In this document: one piece after another, positions 10,096-20,072 of the stretch | How positions within the stretch are numbered: the stretch's first letter is position 1 | Layout of the letters: each line of letters starts with the position of its first letter | The notes under the pieces: model-generated | What the model saw: the letters and a program-made list of their open reading frames with translations, nothing else | Databases searched by the model: none | Told to the model about the DNA's origin: nothing | Assembly (NCBI GenBank): GCA_032128875.1 | Contig: JAVLKG010000001.1 | Span: forward strand, 1-64,000 | From: Candidatus Melainabacteria bacterium 17Bon1m | GTDB taxonomy: Bacteria > Cyanobacteriota > Vampirovibrionia > Obscuribacterales > Obscuribacteraceae | Reading direction: 5' to 3' | DNA length: 64,000 bases | Position numbers and translations under genes: made by a program

Positions 10096-10680
10096 ATGAA
10101 GATAGACGCATTACTATTTGATGGTTTTGACGAGCTCGACTTCTTTGGTGTTTTTGAGACTTTGCGGATGGCAGGTTTGTCGGTTGAAACTCATTCTCTG
10201 TATCAGCAAGATGTCGTGACGGCGGCGTATGGTTCGAAGCTAGTGCCGGATGGTGTATATAGCTCTGACTTGAATTCCGACCTTTTAATCGTTCCGGGTG
10301 GAGGTTGGATTTCCAGGTCTCCTAAAGGTGCGTGGACGGAAATTCAGAAAGGCACGATACTGGACGTTGTGAAAGCTTGCCACGCAGCAGGAACAGTCAT
10401 CGCAACCGTCTGCACTGGTTCATTGGTGCTTGGAAAAGCTGGTCTTTTAAAAGATAGAAAAGCAACCACCAATCATGGCGCAGTGAAAGAGCTTGTTGAT
10501 TGCGGCGCAAAATACATTCCCTCGCGTGTTGTCGATGACGGCAACATCATCACCGCTGCTGGTATCACTGCAAGTCTTGATTTGGGACTTTGGCTTGTTG
10601 AGCGCTTTGTTTCTCAACAAGCAGCGCAAGCGGTTTCTGCTGGCTTAGAGTTTGAACGCAGAGGATTAGTCCACAGATGA
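10096..10680 (+). CDS. DJ-1/PfpI family protein
   Basis: FDGFDELD, LIVPGG, TVCTGS and ITAAGITASLD. Confidence 0.9.
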   Translation: MKIDALLFDGFDELDFFGVFETLRMAGLSVETHSLYQQDVVTAAYGSKLVPDGVYSSDLNSDLLIVPGGGWISRSPKGAWTEIQKGTILDVVKACHAAGTVIATVCTGSLVLGKAGLLKDRKATTNHGAVKELVDCGAKYIPSRVVDDGNIITAAGITASLDLGLWLVERFVSQQAAQAVSAGLEFERRGLVHR

Positions 10681-11117
10681 GTGATTTTCTGAGCACACCT
10701 GAGGGCGTTGTTGAATGTCTATATGCAGCGATTTCATTTGAGCCTGGACAAAATCCGAATTATAGTTTGGTCTATACGCTGTTTCACCCAAATGCTCATA
10801 TAACTCCACCTGCAACTGATACGGGCGGTGCTTTAAAAGCACTGAGCGTGGCGGAATTCATCGAACATTTTGACGGGCGAATACAGGACGTTATTGCCAC
10901 TGGTGGTAGGGAAGAGCAAACGAGTGCTCGGACGGAAACATTCCACCGAGTCGCTCACGTTTTTAGCGCCTATAGATTTATGCTTTTAGGCAAAGACGAA
11001 CCGATAGCGCGAGGAATTAATTCATTCCAGCTTGTTTACGAGAACGGGCGTTGGTGGATAATGAGTTTGACATGGGATCGCGCAGAACCCGGGGAATCGA
11101 TACAACTCTTGCGATGA
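10677..11117 (+). CDS. NTF2-like/SnoaL-fold hypothetical protein
   Basis: ATGA overlap with DJ-1 gene; ends RGINSFQLVYENGRWWIMSLTWD. Confidence 0.7.
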   Translation: MSDFLSTPEGVVECLYAAISFEPGQNPNYSLVYTLFHPNAHITPPATDTGGALKALSVAEFIEHFDGRIQDVIATGGREEQTSARTETFHRVAHVFSAYRFMLLGKDEPIARGINSFQLVYENGRWWIMSLTWDRAEPGESIQLLR

Positions 11118-11121
11118 GATT

Positions 11122-11670
11122 GTGCCAATGTCATACACAGAACCAGCGCAGAAGTTTATTCATTCCGTTGTTACGGCAAAGCGCGCCGGAGATATAAGCA
11201 AAGGTATAGATCAGGGACTGAATGCGCTAGTAAACGAACTAAATGTTGATCGCGCTATGGTCTGGCAAGTATGCGGTGATCGGCTTTCTGTCACCAATGA
11301 AGCTTCTCTGAGTGGCTCGAAACTAAATCAATCCAAATTTGATTCGCAAGAGAGCACGCATATTGTTTTGAGTTTTCTGTCTAGGAGCCCTGGCGGAAAA
11401 CCTGTTGTAGCTTGGTCTTTGGAAAGGAACTGCGGTGAGATTGGTTGGAAACCATATTTGGAGCGGTTTTCTGAAATGTCTTCGCATCTCGTAGGGGAGT
11501 TTCGTTGCGATATATTCAGCGGTTTTTTTGCTTTGCAGTCTGCTGAGGCGCGAGAGTGGGCTGCCGAGGACAAAAAAACAGTAGAGGGAATTGCTGAGTT
11601 CTTATCTGTTTTGTTTGTTATGAATCATGAGATGCAAAAGGCTCAGTCCGCGGCCAAAGGCAACGCATAG
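11122..11670 (+). CDS. Stand-alone GAF-like domain protein
   Basis: LNVDRAMVW..GFFALQSAEAREWAAED pattern typical of GAF domains. Confidence 0.65.
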   Translation: MPMSYTEPAQKFIHSVVTAKRAGDISKGIDQGLNALVNELNVDRAMVWQVCGDRLSVTNEASLSGSKLNQSKFDSQESTHIVLSFLSRSPGGKPVVAWSLERNCGEIGWKPYLERFSEMSSHLVGEFRCDIFSGFFALQSAEAREWAAEDKKTVEGIAEFLSVLFVMNHEMQKAQSAAKGNA

Positions 11671-11844
11671 ATGCTAAACAGTGAATTTTGGAGCGGTTTC
11701 GGTCTTTTCTATGGGGCTGCCCCTATGCAAATATACGGTTTGATATAACCGCGCTTGCATTTGCGCCCGTATGATGGCAATAACAGAATTTGTGCGTTTA
11801 AGAGCTTACTGGCGAAGAGCTCTCCTTTGTATTGGAGTCACCAC

Positions 11845-12279
11845 ATGAACAATACACATGCAGCGGGACCCCACCTGCTACTTCGTGATGAGTACACGGA
11901 ATCCAAGGTGGAATCATCAGCAGCAAATACCGACTGGAAGGTCACAGTCGATCGCTTACTCGTTTTGTTATCTATAACTATCATTGGTGTGTTTCTCGCG
12001 TCAGAGCTTAATCCAAATCACTTTATGCTGACTGCTTGTTGGGGATGGTCAGGACTTTGGGTGACCGAACGGCTCTCGCCGAAGAATGCTTACCGCGTTG
12101 CGCCGCTGCTCGTGTTTCTTAATTTGGTTTGTTTTCCCGAGGCGTTCATCGCATTGCCACTAGCTGCGCTGACCGTCGGACTTTCACAAGATTTTCAAGT
12201 TGATGACAGTACGCGAGAGGCAATGCGCTTATCCGGGCTTACAGGTGCCGCACTGACATTATTGTGCATGTTGGCGTAG
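11845..12279 (+). CDS. Multi-TM membrane protein (paralog A)
   Basis: GGAG SD before the ATG at 11845; several hydrophobic helices; similar to 12522..12986. Confidence 0.7.
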   Translation: MNNTHAAGPHLLLRDEYTESKVESSAANTDWKVTVDRLLVLLSITIIGVFLASELNPNHFMLTACWGWSGLWVTERLSPKNAYRVAPLLVFLNLVCFPEAFIALPLAALTVGLSQDFQVDDSTREAMRLSGLTGAALTLLCMLA

Positions 12280-12521
12280 CAAATTCTCTGCGTTTGCTAA
12301 TCCGATAGTATGTGCTTCGGCGGCACTAACTGCGCGTATTTTCGCGGTCTCGCTTTGATCACCGATGCGCAGTAGCCCGAACGGGCTATGGATTCTGCAT
12401 AACTGATTTATCCCAACATCCGTATTCTCTGTTGCGTGTTTTTCAATAAGATGGGATTAGCGGAATTTGACCGGTTAGAGTTCTCAGGCGAGAACTCGGA
12501 AGCCTCATTGGGAGACTGCTT

Positions 12522-12986
12522 ATGAATGGCATACATGCACGTATTAATCCTACGCTCGCGAACGATTCTGACCTCGCTTCGAGTCTGAAGCTGCGCACAC
12601 GCAAATACGCTCAAAGCATTGATATGAAGCGTGTTTTGGTCACGACGTATTTTTTCTGCTCCGGAGTGGTCCTCGCCATGGCAATTGATATTCATATTAC
12701 GATGCTCACCGTTTGCTTTGCGCTCTGCGGACTTTGGGCATCTAAGCGCCTTTCAGCACATAGCTGCAAGATGGTTACACCTGTCTTGATACTTTTAAAT
12801 TTGATTGTCTGGAGAGAAATGTATCTTGCCTTGCCGTTTGCGGCTCTAACCCTATGTCTTGCACACCAGTTCTCCGTCAAAGATAGCTGGCGCAATTTGT
12901 TGAGAACATCAGGAGTTTTGGGCGCCTCGATGTCTATTCTTTATGTCTTTGGAAATGGCGTTCTTTCGAATATCGCTATCTTCTAA
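12522..12986 (+). CDS. Multi-TM membrane protein (paralog B)
   Basis: GGGAG SD; shares GLW..RLS, LNL, ALP.AALT and R.SG..GA with paralog A. Confidence 0.7.
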   Translation: MNGIHARINPTLANDSDLASSLKLRTRKYAQSIDMKRVLVTTYFFCSGVVLAMAIDIHITMLTVCFALCGLWASKRLSAHSCKMVTPVLILLNLIVWREMYLALPFAALTLCLAHQFSVKDSWRNLLRTSGVLGASMSILYVFGNGVLSNIAIF

Positions 12987-14158
12987 TTCGGTAGCAGCTC
13001 GCGGCAAACTTTGAGCAGCATCATGTCGTTGCCATGGCTGGCTAATAGCGACAGGCCAGTCGTTGTTTTTTCCGTCACGGCTATGGGCACGCATACTTCA
13101 GGCAGTCGAGACAGCGGCGACAGCGCGGTGTGATTCATGTTTTGAATTCTATTCTTCAAAAAGACTTCGTCGCTTGCGTCAACTAATGGTGGCAAGTTTG
13201 CAGTTGTCGGCATGCACAAAACCGCGTCGCTGCTGATCAGTTGTTCCATATCGCTTACCACTTTGTCGCGTGCTTGCTTTGCCGCTTCCCACTCTTTCTC
13301 TGTCACTGTGCTCGTAAACTCAAAACGCTCTTTGATCGACGCGCACATTGGGGGATTGTTTTCCCTCAACCATGCACCATAAATTCCCCAGGCTTGCTTT
13401 GCTTGAAAAACTTTATAGAGCGCGGCGAGACTACCCCAGCCGAAGCGCCCCAGTTCTATGTCTTCTACGGCAATGAACTCTTCCGCGAGTTTTTCCACCG
13501 CCCTTTCAAGCGAAGGACGAAGCTCTTTAGCCGTCTCGCTAAACATGTCTTTCGCAATAAATAGTTTCTTGGGAAGGTGTTGAGCTGGTTTCTCATCCAA
13601 TAACACAACACCGCAAGTTTCCAGAAGCAATGCGTCTTTCGTCATCCAACCGACTGCGTCCATTAGTGGCGCAAGTGGTGCAACGCCTTCGAGTGAAACT
13701 CTCCCGTGCGATGGTCTAAAGCCAAAGCATCCACAATAACTTGCAGGAACTCTTATAGAACCGCCCGTATCGGTTCCGAGAGCAAAGTCTGCTAAACCGG
13801 CTGCAACAGCCGACCCAGAACCACTAGATGAACCACCCGGAATGCGATCCGGATACTGAGGATTGTTTGGTGTACCAAAGTGAATATTGATACCATCCAC
13901 GCTAAATGCGAATTCGTCCGAACACGTTTTTCCCACGAGTGTAGCTCCGGCGTTCAGAAGCTTGTCTATTACTGCGGCATTTGCTTTTGCTGCCGAGTGG
14001 GTCTTTGCATAAGTCGGATTGCCAATCCCTGTGACTTCGCCTCTAACGTCGAACAAGTCCTTTGCGAGAAACTTCAAACCGGCGAGCGGCCCTTCTTGTG
14101 CGCCGGGAATGTCGAGTTGTTGAATGATACCGTTGAATCGTTTGATCGCGGTAGTCAT
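12983..14158 (-). CDS. Amidase signature family protein
   Basis: KDLFDV, PGGSSSGS and LGTDTGGSIRVPAS. Start re-assigned to the ATG at 14158, just after the upstream stop. Confidence 0.92.
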   Translation of the reverse strand: MTTAIKRFNGIIQQLDIPGAQEGPLAGLKFLAKDLFDVRGEVTGIGNPTYAKTHSAAKANAAVIDKLLNAGATLVGKTCSDEFAFSVDGINIHFGTPNNPQYPDRIPGGSSSGSGSAVAAGLADFALGTDTGGSIRVPASYCGCFGFRPSHGRVSLEGVAPLAPLMDAVGWMTKDALLLETCGVVLLDEKPAQHLPKKLFIAKDMFSETAKELRPSLERAVEKLAEEFIAVEDIELGRFGWGSLAALYKVFQAKQAWGIYGAWLRENNPPMCASIKERFEFTSTVTEKEWEAAKQARDKVVSDMEQLISSDAVLCMPTTANLPPLVDASDEVFLKNRIQNMNHTALSPLSRLPEVCVPIAVTEKTTTGLSLLASHGNDMMLLKVCRELLPN

Positions 14159-14159
14159 T

Positions 14160-15125
14160 TCAGTTGCCATAACCCTGTCCTGGTGCGCCTTGCATGGGAG
14201 CTCCCTGCATCGAACCGCCTTGCATTGGGCGACCTTGCATTGAGCCACCTTGCATTGTTCCACCTTGTGTTGGAGTGCCTTGCATTGTCCCACCTTGTGT
14301 TGGACTGCCCTGCATTTGAGCTCCTTGCTGATATTGCATCCGAGCTTCTCGCTGCGCCTGGCGCTTTGCCATGAATGCTGCAAAGCTCTCCGCGGTTGAC
14401 GGATCAATAGAGAATGGTTCGAGTCTGTATGCTTGCTCAACTCGGACGATCAAGTCTTCCGGCATTCCAGCGAAGTTGAAACCCTTGATAGATGTGGTTT
14501 TGCGAATGCCCTGTGCGGAAGGTTCAAAACGACCGAAAGTTTCAATCGTTGTTGAGCGGGTTATGACGCCTGTTTCCTTAGAGACGACAATCGCTGGACC
14601 CGTTGCTGTTTCTAAAACGGAGTCATTGCCCGAGTGGAGGAACTTCGAACTTTTGATCATGTTGTATTGAACGTTGCCTTCGGATTGAATCGAATTGCGG
14701 TAGGGGCAGCGATTCAAATGCCATACTCTGCCGGTGGTATCAAGTTGGTGACCATAGTGAAAGGTTCTATAGATCTTCTCCAGCTTGTTAGGCGTCAAGT
14801 GTGTCTGGCTGCGATAATCGATGAAGTCTACGACGAGAGAGCGATCGACGTAAAAAGTTCCTGCGAACCATGGCGGAATGCATATCCAGTCGTCGACCGG
14901 CGTGCCAAGGATCTGTGCTTTCGGGTCGAAGGTTCTCCCAGGCAATAGGCCAGAGGACAGCGGCTCGACTGTTTCTGAATGCTCAACGCCAGCCTTGAGC
15001 ATGGTAGATGTACTGCTGCCCGACTGTTGCGCTTGTACTCTACCGCATGGTGCGACCGCAGGGGCGCCAAACATCATTGCGCCCAAGAAAACGATTAACG
15101 CTGTTCGAATCTGAAAGCCCCTCAT
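14160..15125 (-). CDS. Secreted hypothetical protein with C-terminal QGxx(M/T) pentapeptide repeats
   Basis: Signal peptide; tail QGAQM-QGSPT-QGGTM-QGTPT-QGGTM-QGGSM-QGRPM-QGGSM-QGAPM. Confidence 0.75.
   Translation of the reverse strand: MRGFQIRTALIVFLGAMMFGAPAVAPCGRVQAQQSGSSTSTMLKAGVEHSETVEPLSSGLLPGRTFDPKAQILGTPVDDWICIPPWFAGTFYVDRSLVVDFIDYRSQTHLTPNKLEKIYRTFHYGHQLDTTGRVWHLNRCPYRNSIQSEGNVQYNMIKSSKFLHSGNDSVLETATGPAIVVSKETGVITRSTTIETFGRFEPSAQGIRKTTSIKGFNFAGMPEDLIVRVEQAYRLEPFSIDPSTAESFAAFMAKRQAQREARMQYQQGAQMQGSPTQGGTMQGTPTQGGTMQGGSMQGRPMQGGSMQGAPMQGAPGQGYGN
14185..14325 (-). repeat. 15-bp coding tandem repeat
   Basis: About nine degenerate 15-nt units (CCTTGCAT/CCTTGTGT core on the + strand). 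Confidence 0.75.
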
Positions 15126-15368
15126 ATCGGGGAAGATTATTGCATCGCCTGCGGATTTAATCTATTGGAATGGCGTAATTTGGGCGCCTGTCTCTGCTTG
15201 TGATTCTGGATAGCCAGCCTGGCGCGGGGTTTGGTCATTTAAAGCTTGTTTAGTGTCTGTAAACCCGGAAGGGCGCGCAATAATGGACAGACTGGCGAAT
15301 TTGCGGGCATATAAGTATAAAGGGAGATATCTGCCGACGAAATTCGTCCGTACCGGCATGGGATAGTC

Positions 15369-16562
15369 ATGGGCTCGAGCAAGAAAAACGCCAGCAAATC
15401 GAAAGCCTGTGCGCCGCCTGTTGAAGGCGTTGGGGTTTGCGATGTGGAGTTGAAAGTTGCCGAGGAGCAGGCGGTCGAGACCCCAGCTGTCCAAACTCCC
15501 AAAGCTGAAGCTCCAGCGACTGAAATTCCACCTATAAAAGCTCCAGCTTCTGAAACCCATTCTCCCGAAGTGATAGACAAGTCTGCCAGCGGTCCAGAGC
15601 TTTTTGATAAGCCGGTCGAACCGGCCGCGCCGTCTCCAAAATTGTCTCTTCACGCTTCTGCGATACCGCTCAGCCTGAAACCAGAGATGTCTATAGAGTG
15701 GCCTTTCACTAGAAAACGTCAGGTTTTCAATGTTTTTTACTTCGGTTTGATTTCGCTTCAGTTGTTGGCTCTTGCAAAAACCGGAGCCGCTCCCTGGGTT
15801 GCTTACCCATGTCTTGCATTCGTTGGTCTGTTGACCACTGCGTCTGTTTTTTATCTCTTCAATCATCGTCATCATCAATCATCGGCTGACGAATTCAGTC
15901 CGCGAGTGCGCAGAAGTTTGCGCGCAATTGGTCTGCTAGTGCCCGCTTTCTTAATGTTTGCTCTGGTGCGAACGGAGCCTCCGATACCGGATACGCAGAA
16001 TGTTTTGGATGAAATGGGACTTCCACCGCTAGTTGGTGGGAGTTTCGCGCGCGAAATGACACAGGGCAAGCGAGATTTCAAACGCCATCGTTACAACGAT
16101 GCGTTAAGCCATTTCGAAAATGCAGCACGGCTTGATCCTAATTCAGATGTTGCATTCGCTTGGGTTGCTGAAACAAACGACAGCATCATGAATTTAAGTC
16201 CTGCTTTCGATGCGGCAATGCACGCGATTGATCTGAATCCAAATAATGAGCAGGCACATGTGGTTGCTGCTCATTATTACAACGTGTCGGGCCAATATGA
16301 AAAGGCTAAGGAATTTGCGCAACGTGCAATCTCACTTAACCCTGAAGATGGTGAGGCATATGGATATCTCAGTCAGGCCTACAATGGGTTAGGCGACCCA
16401 GTCAGTGCATTGCCCAACGATAATCTTCACGTAAAGTGGCATTACTATGAGCATCGCGCTTACGAGCAGCGAGCTGACACGTTGGATCGCTTAGGGCGCC
16501 ATAGTGAAGCCAGCTATGTCCGAGAGCTTGCGAAGAAAGTTCGTGAAGTCGGCGTACGCTGA
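15369..16562 (+). CDS. Membrane TPR protein
   Basis: Pro/Glu-rich N-terminus, three TM segments, TPR repeats (AIDLNPNN, AISLNPED). Confidence 0.8.
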   Translation: MGSSKKNASKSKACAPPVEGVGVCDVELKVAEEQAVETPAVQTPKAEAPATEIPPIKAPASETHSPEVIDKSASGPELFDKPVEPAAPSPKLSLHASAIPLSLKPEMSIEWPFTRKRQVFNVFYFGLISLQLLALAKTGAAPWVAYPCLAFVGLLTTASVFYLFNHRHHQSSADEFSPRVRRSLRAIGLLVPAFLMFALVRTEPPIPDTQNVLDEMGLPPLVGGSFAREMTQGKRDFKRHRYNDALSHFENAARLDPNSDVAFAWVAETNDSIMNLSPAFDAAMHAIDLNPNNEQAHVVAAHYYNVSGQYEKAKEFAQRAISLNPEDGEAYGYLSQAYNGLGDPVSALPNDNLHVKWHYYEHRAYEQRADTLDRLGRHSEASYVRELAKKVREVGVR

Positions 16563-16567
16563 ATTTC

Positions 16568-17116
16568 TCAGTCGGCGCCTAAGTCTCGCGTGAATGAAGC
16601 ATTCATGTGAACTTCAGACCGGTTGACATTCAGCTGTTGAACGGTGATGTTAATCACTCGTTCGAGGATTTCTTCCTGCTTGGGGTCGGAGCATCCTAGC
16701 TTTCCTTTATTAAGTGTGATGAGGAGGCGAATTATTTCTTCCACTGTCAATATTTTGATGTCGTATTCAAGGCCAAACAGCTGCTGTGATTTCTTGAAAT
16801 TTGGTGTATCTAAATCAAGGAACATCTGAAGATATGGCCATCCCTCTTCAATTTCTTTGACTGAAATGAGCTCGCTCATTCTTGTTTTGCGCAATATCTG
16901 GCGCCGTTGCAAATTGTAATTCTCTATCAGCGCACGCCTTAGCTTATAGAATATTTTTTGAGTTAAACATTCCTCGGGGGGCGTAACAGCAATTTTTTTC
17001 TGCATGAACCTGACGACATCACCTACCGTCACCATCTTCTCTGCATCTTCATCGGGAATATCAATTCCAAACTCTTCCTCGAATGCCATTACCAACTCGA
17101 CGGTATCAAGTCCCAT
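16568..17116 (-). CDS. Circularly permuted acyl-carrier-protein-like protein
   Basis: Starts [27 protein letters not shown] (ACP C-half) and ends [24 protein letters not shown] (ACP N-half). Confidence 0.8.
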   Translation of the reverse strand: MGLDTVELVMAFEEEFGIDIPDEDAEKMVTVGDVVRFMQKKIAVTPPEECLTQKIFYKLRRALIENYNLQRRQILRKTRMSELISVKEIEEGWPYLQMFLDLDTPNFKKSQQLFGLEYDIKILTVEEIIRLLITLNKGKLGCSDPKQEEILERVINITVQQLNVNRSEVHMNASFTRDLGAD

Positions 17117-17118
17117 GC

Positions 17119-17829
17119 TCAAGCCTCGGTCCAGTTGAGACCATTTGGAAGATCGAGTGCACAGTATTCCAGGTGCAGAACTCGTCGATGATCTGGCGTT
17201 GTTGATTTCGATGAACTGTGCAAAATCAATGGACGCATAAGAATGACATCGCCCTTTTCGGCCGGGCATATCGTGGCGGTCCCCATCTCGACACGGTGAG
17301 AAACCTCTGATGGTTCGATAATTCCGGTGGTATGTGATCCTGCTATGAATTTGATCGCCCCATTTTCTGCCGGACAGCAATCAAGGTGAATTCGCAGTGA
17401 AACTATGTGTTCTAAAATCTCACGCGGAGGTTGAGTGTGTATTGTGCCTTCCTTTATACTCCAGGGTCCGTAACCTTCCGTTTCTATGCGGCTTTCGACT
17501 GCGATTGAAAGATCTTGATGCCACGTGACGTACCAATTTGAGGACGGAGTCTTGTCAAAAAAGATTGAGCGTACAGGTTTCGTTTTCTCTCCCTGAAGCG
17601 CCACTACAATTTCTCGAATTTCTTTTGATTTGGCAAATTCCTTCACTGTAGAGCATTCTTTTAGCAGATTTCGAAATCCTGCAGATACAGCGGACTTTTG
17701 CGATTCTCGAAATGATTCGATTGCCTCTGTCAGCGCTTCAATTTGGGCGTCGGAAAAAGGATTGCGAACGAGTGCGAATCCGTTTTGTTCGAACTCCGTT
17801 ATCACTTTACTCTGTGTCAGAAAAGCCAT
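17119..17829 (-). CDS. Phytanoyl-CoA dioxygenase (PhyH) family Fe(II)/2OG oxygenase
   Basis: [27 protein letters not shown]. Confidence 0.88.
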   Translation of the reverse strand: MAFLTQSKVITEFEQNGFALVRNPFSDAQIEALTEAIESFRESQKSAVSAGFRNLLKECSTVKEFAKSKEIREIVVALQGEKTKPVRSIFFDKTPSSNWYVTWHQDLSIAVESRIETEGYGPWSIKEGTIHTQPPREILEHIVSLRIHLDCCPAENGAIKFIAGSHTTGIIEPSEVSHRVEMGTATICPAEKGDVILMRPLILHSSSKSTTPDHRRVLHLEYCALDLPNGLNWTEA

Positions 17830-19430
17830 TTTGTTTCCTTGGAATCAGTTGGCCGAGTTCGTCTTTGTAGAGCTGCGAAGTCTTCGGTGTTCTTCGCGGG
17901 GAGCGGCTTTCCAGAAAGATATCTTAATAGTTCAAACTCTTGCAAAAGTTTTTTGTCAGACTCTTTCAGCGTTTCATAGTCGGTGTTTTTTGTGCCTCTC
18001 AAATAGCTCAAATATCTTTTGCGAACCAACTCTTCGTCTTTGCTGTAATAACGACTTGCAGAAGCTTTGTTGACTTCACTCAAAGCACTGTCTATGAATT
18101 TGTTTTTCTCATCGCCTTTCGCTGCTTGAGCCAACCGTTCCCAGCAGATTGAGAAAGCGTGCGATCGTCTTCCATCGGGATTTGGAAATGACTTCGACAA
18201 AAAGTTTTGCAGAAACTCTCTGTCTTCAACAAAGTCAAAGTAATGAGCGGGCTCGAATGAATGTTCAACCAGATATTCGTATGTATAAAAGTCAAGTAAC
18301 GATTGAGGCAGGTTGTCTAGCTTTTCATTGCAAAGTGCCAGGCGAGAGAACATCGAGGCATCGTACTGAACTCGTGAGCATGCAAGCCTGTCGAGAATAG
18401 ACTTTGCATCGCTAAACTTCTCGTCCAATGTAAGCGCATTTGCCAACATTGAAAGGGTTCTCCAATGTAGCGATTCCGTCATTGTGATTTGCGCTTGCTC
18501 GAATAACTCGTTGGCTTTTTGCAACTCTGTTTTCGCTTTTGCTATGTCTTTTTTCTCGTACCAGCACTGCGCCAAAAAGACATGTGGCGAAGGTGCTGAT
18601 TCATCGAGTTTTGCCGCATGCTCAAACTCTGGAATTGCCTCGGCTACCTTATCGTTTCTAAAGAAGAGCCGTCCTGCCATAAAGCGCTTTGCAAATTCGT
18701 GATCCTTTGCATTAGGGTTCAAAAGAGACTCCATAATTGGTGCCGCCTTTTTGTGTTCTATCTTGAATTTTGGGTCAAGAATGTAGCGCGATGCAAATTC
18801 GCACAGTGACTCTTTGAAGCTGGTGCAAGATTCAGTTGATGGCCAGCGTGTTTCAGCGAAGTCTTCTGTCTTCGCATCGAGGAGAAACTGACAGCTGACT
18901 TGCCTTCTTGCGCGCTGGAGAGATGGGCGTGCATAATTTGACCATTCGCGTGAATATGCATTGTGGCGCCCCAGATCTGCCATGTGGACAAGCTCATGCA
19001 AAAGGATACGCTTCAAGTCCTTTTGTTTTTCCGCTCCGTCTGCCACAAACAGCGCACCATCTACCGCTAGAACGTGCGCGTTCGTGGTTTTGCCTAGAAT
19101 ATTCTTGTACGGAATGTATGGACTTTTAAGTAATGGAATTGGCCCGTTCTCAGAGCACAACGCCACCACTCCCGGTGCCTCCTTCTTTAGCTCGTCCAGA
19201 AGTTTTGAAACTACGGCTTTGTCATCCTCTTTCCATGGATGGCTGTCATAGTCAAAGTATTTAATGCCTGATGGAAAAGAGTTTCGATCTGCGCAGTAAT
19301 AGAATTTTGAGTTTGGCTTTCCTTCGTTTTCTTCTTCCGCTATAACAAAGTTTGAGTTTGAACATAGGGCAATCAACGTCGCAACAACGACGATCGAGGA
19401 CCGAGCGCGAAAATTGAAAGCTCTATTCAA
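17817..19430 (-). CDS. Secreted HExxH zincin-like plus TPR protein
   Basis: Signal peptide, LHELVHMAD, ESLCE and TPR-like repeats; TTG start. Confidence 0.72.
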   Translation of the reverse strand: MNRAFNFRARSSIVVVATLIALCSNSNFVIAEEENEGKPNSKFYYCADRNSFPSGIKYFDYDSHPWKEDDKAVVSKLLDELKKEAPGVVALCSENGPIPLLKSPYIPYKNILGKTTNAHVLAVDGALFVADGAEKQKDLKRILLHELVHMADLGRHNAYSREWSNYARPSLQRARRQVSCQFLLDAKTEDFAETRWPSTESCTSFKESLCEFASRYILDPKFKIEHKKAAPIMESLLNPNAKDHEFAKRFMAGRLFFRNDKVAEAIPEFEHAAKLDESAPSPHVFLAQCWYEKKDIAKAKTELQKANELFEQAQITMTESLHWRTLSMLANALTLDEKFSDAKSILDRLACSRVQYDASMFSRLALCNEKLDNLPQSLLDFYTYEYLVEHSFEPAHYFDFVEDREFLQNFLSKSFPNPDGRRSHAFSICWERLAQAAKGDEKNKFIDSALSEVNKASASRYYSKDEELVRKRYLSYLRGTKNTDYETLKESDKKLLQEFELLRYLSGKPLPAKNTEDFAALQRRTRPTDSKETKWLF

Positions 19431-19437
19431 ACGCGTC

Positions 19438-20040
19438 TCAGCTCCTTTTACTCAGCGCTGTTGCAGCTAGTTTTTGCGCGTAACGCCGAACGTCGGCTGG
19501 CCAACCTTCAGTCAACTCGTTGAACTTCGATTCGTCGCCCGCAAATAGTGCACGCGTTGACTCTTCAAAGCCCGGCAAGTTTCCCGCCATCGCGGACATA
19601 AATCTGTACGCAGCCTCCTGTGACTGACGAATTGTATCCTTGTCGGCATTCGCGTGTCTCGCTTCGTCGACCAATTTCCTTAGCGCTACAGATGCGCCGC
19701 CCGGCTGACTATTCAACCAATCCCAGTGCCGCGGCAAGAGTGTCACTTCTCGTGCCACCACTCCCAATTTGGGGCGCCCTGGTCCACGCGATTGCTCCGC
19801 GCTCTTTGCTTCAGTCGATACTGCTTCGCCTAATCGACTTAGAACATCTTTGGAGGTTCCGCGAAAGTCAATTTCGATGGGCTGTGCCGTCTTGTCATCA
19901 AAAATTAGGACAAAGTCCTTTTCGCCACTATCAATCGCTTTCTTGGTCATTTGCGCGACGTGCTTGAGATCGCCTGAGGCGATCATCTTTATTCCGGCGA
20001 AAGATGTGCAGGTCTTTTCTTGGGTTTCCAGAGTATTCAT
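19438..20040 (-). CDS. DUF2239 family protein
   Basis: RGPGRPKLGVVAREVTLLPRHWDWL.QPGGASVALRKLVD and AGNLPGFEE.RALFA. Confidence 0.88.
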   Translation of the reverse strand: MNTLETQEKTCTSFAGIKMIASGDLKHVAQMTKKAIDSGEKDFVLIFDDKTAQPIEIDFRGTSKDVLSRLGEAVSTEAKSAEQSRGPGRPKLGVVAREVTLLPRHWDWLNSQPGGASVALRKLVDEARHANADKDTIRQSQEAAYRFMSAMAGNLPGFEESTRALFAGDESKFNELTEGWPADVRRYAQKLAATALSKRS

Positions 20041-20072
20041 GGCATTGATCCGTGAAGTGTCGTCAATGAATA

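Noticed and set aside
12440-12500. Glycine or fluoride riboswitch
   Set aside because: Only CTCAGG and GATGG fragments match; the remaining conserved cores are missing.
14159-14440. Cys-rich N-terminal extension of the amidase
   Set aside because: It is an alternative-frame reading of the upstream gene's 15-bp repeat; the real start is 14158.
15162-15878. 238-aa antisense ORF (and similar shadow ORFs such as 57395..58147 and 44615..45271)
   Set aside because: They overlap better-supported genes and have no protein-like motifs.
17117-17380. N-terminal extension of the ACP-like ORF
   Set aside because: It overlaps the PhyH gene on the same strand; the coupled ATG at 17116 is more plausible.
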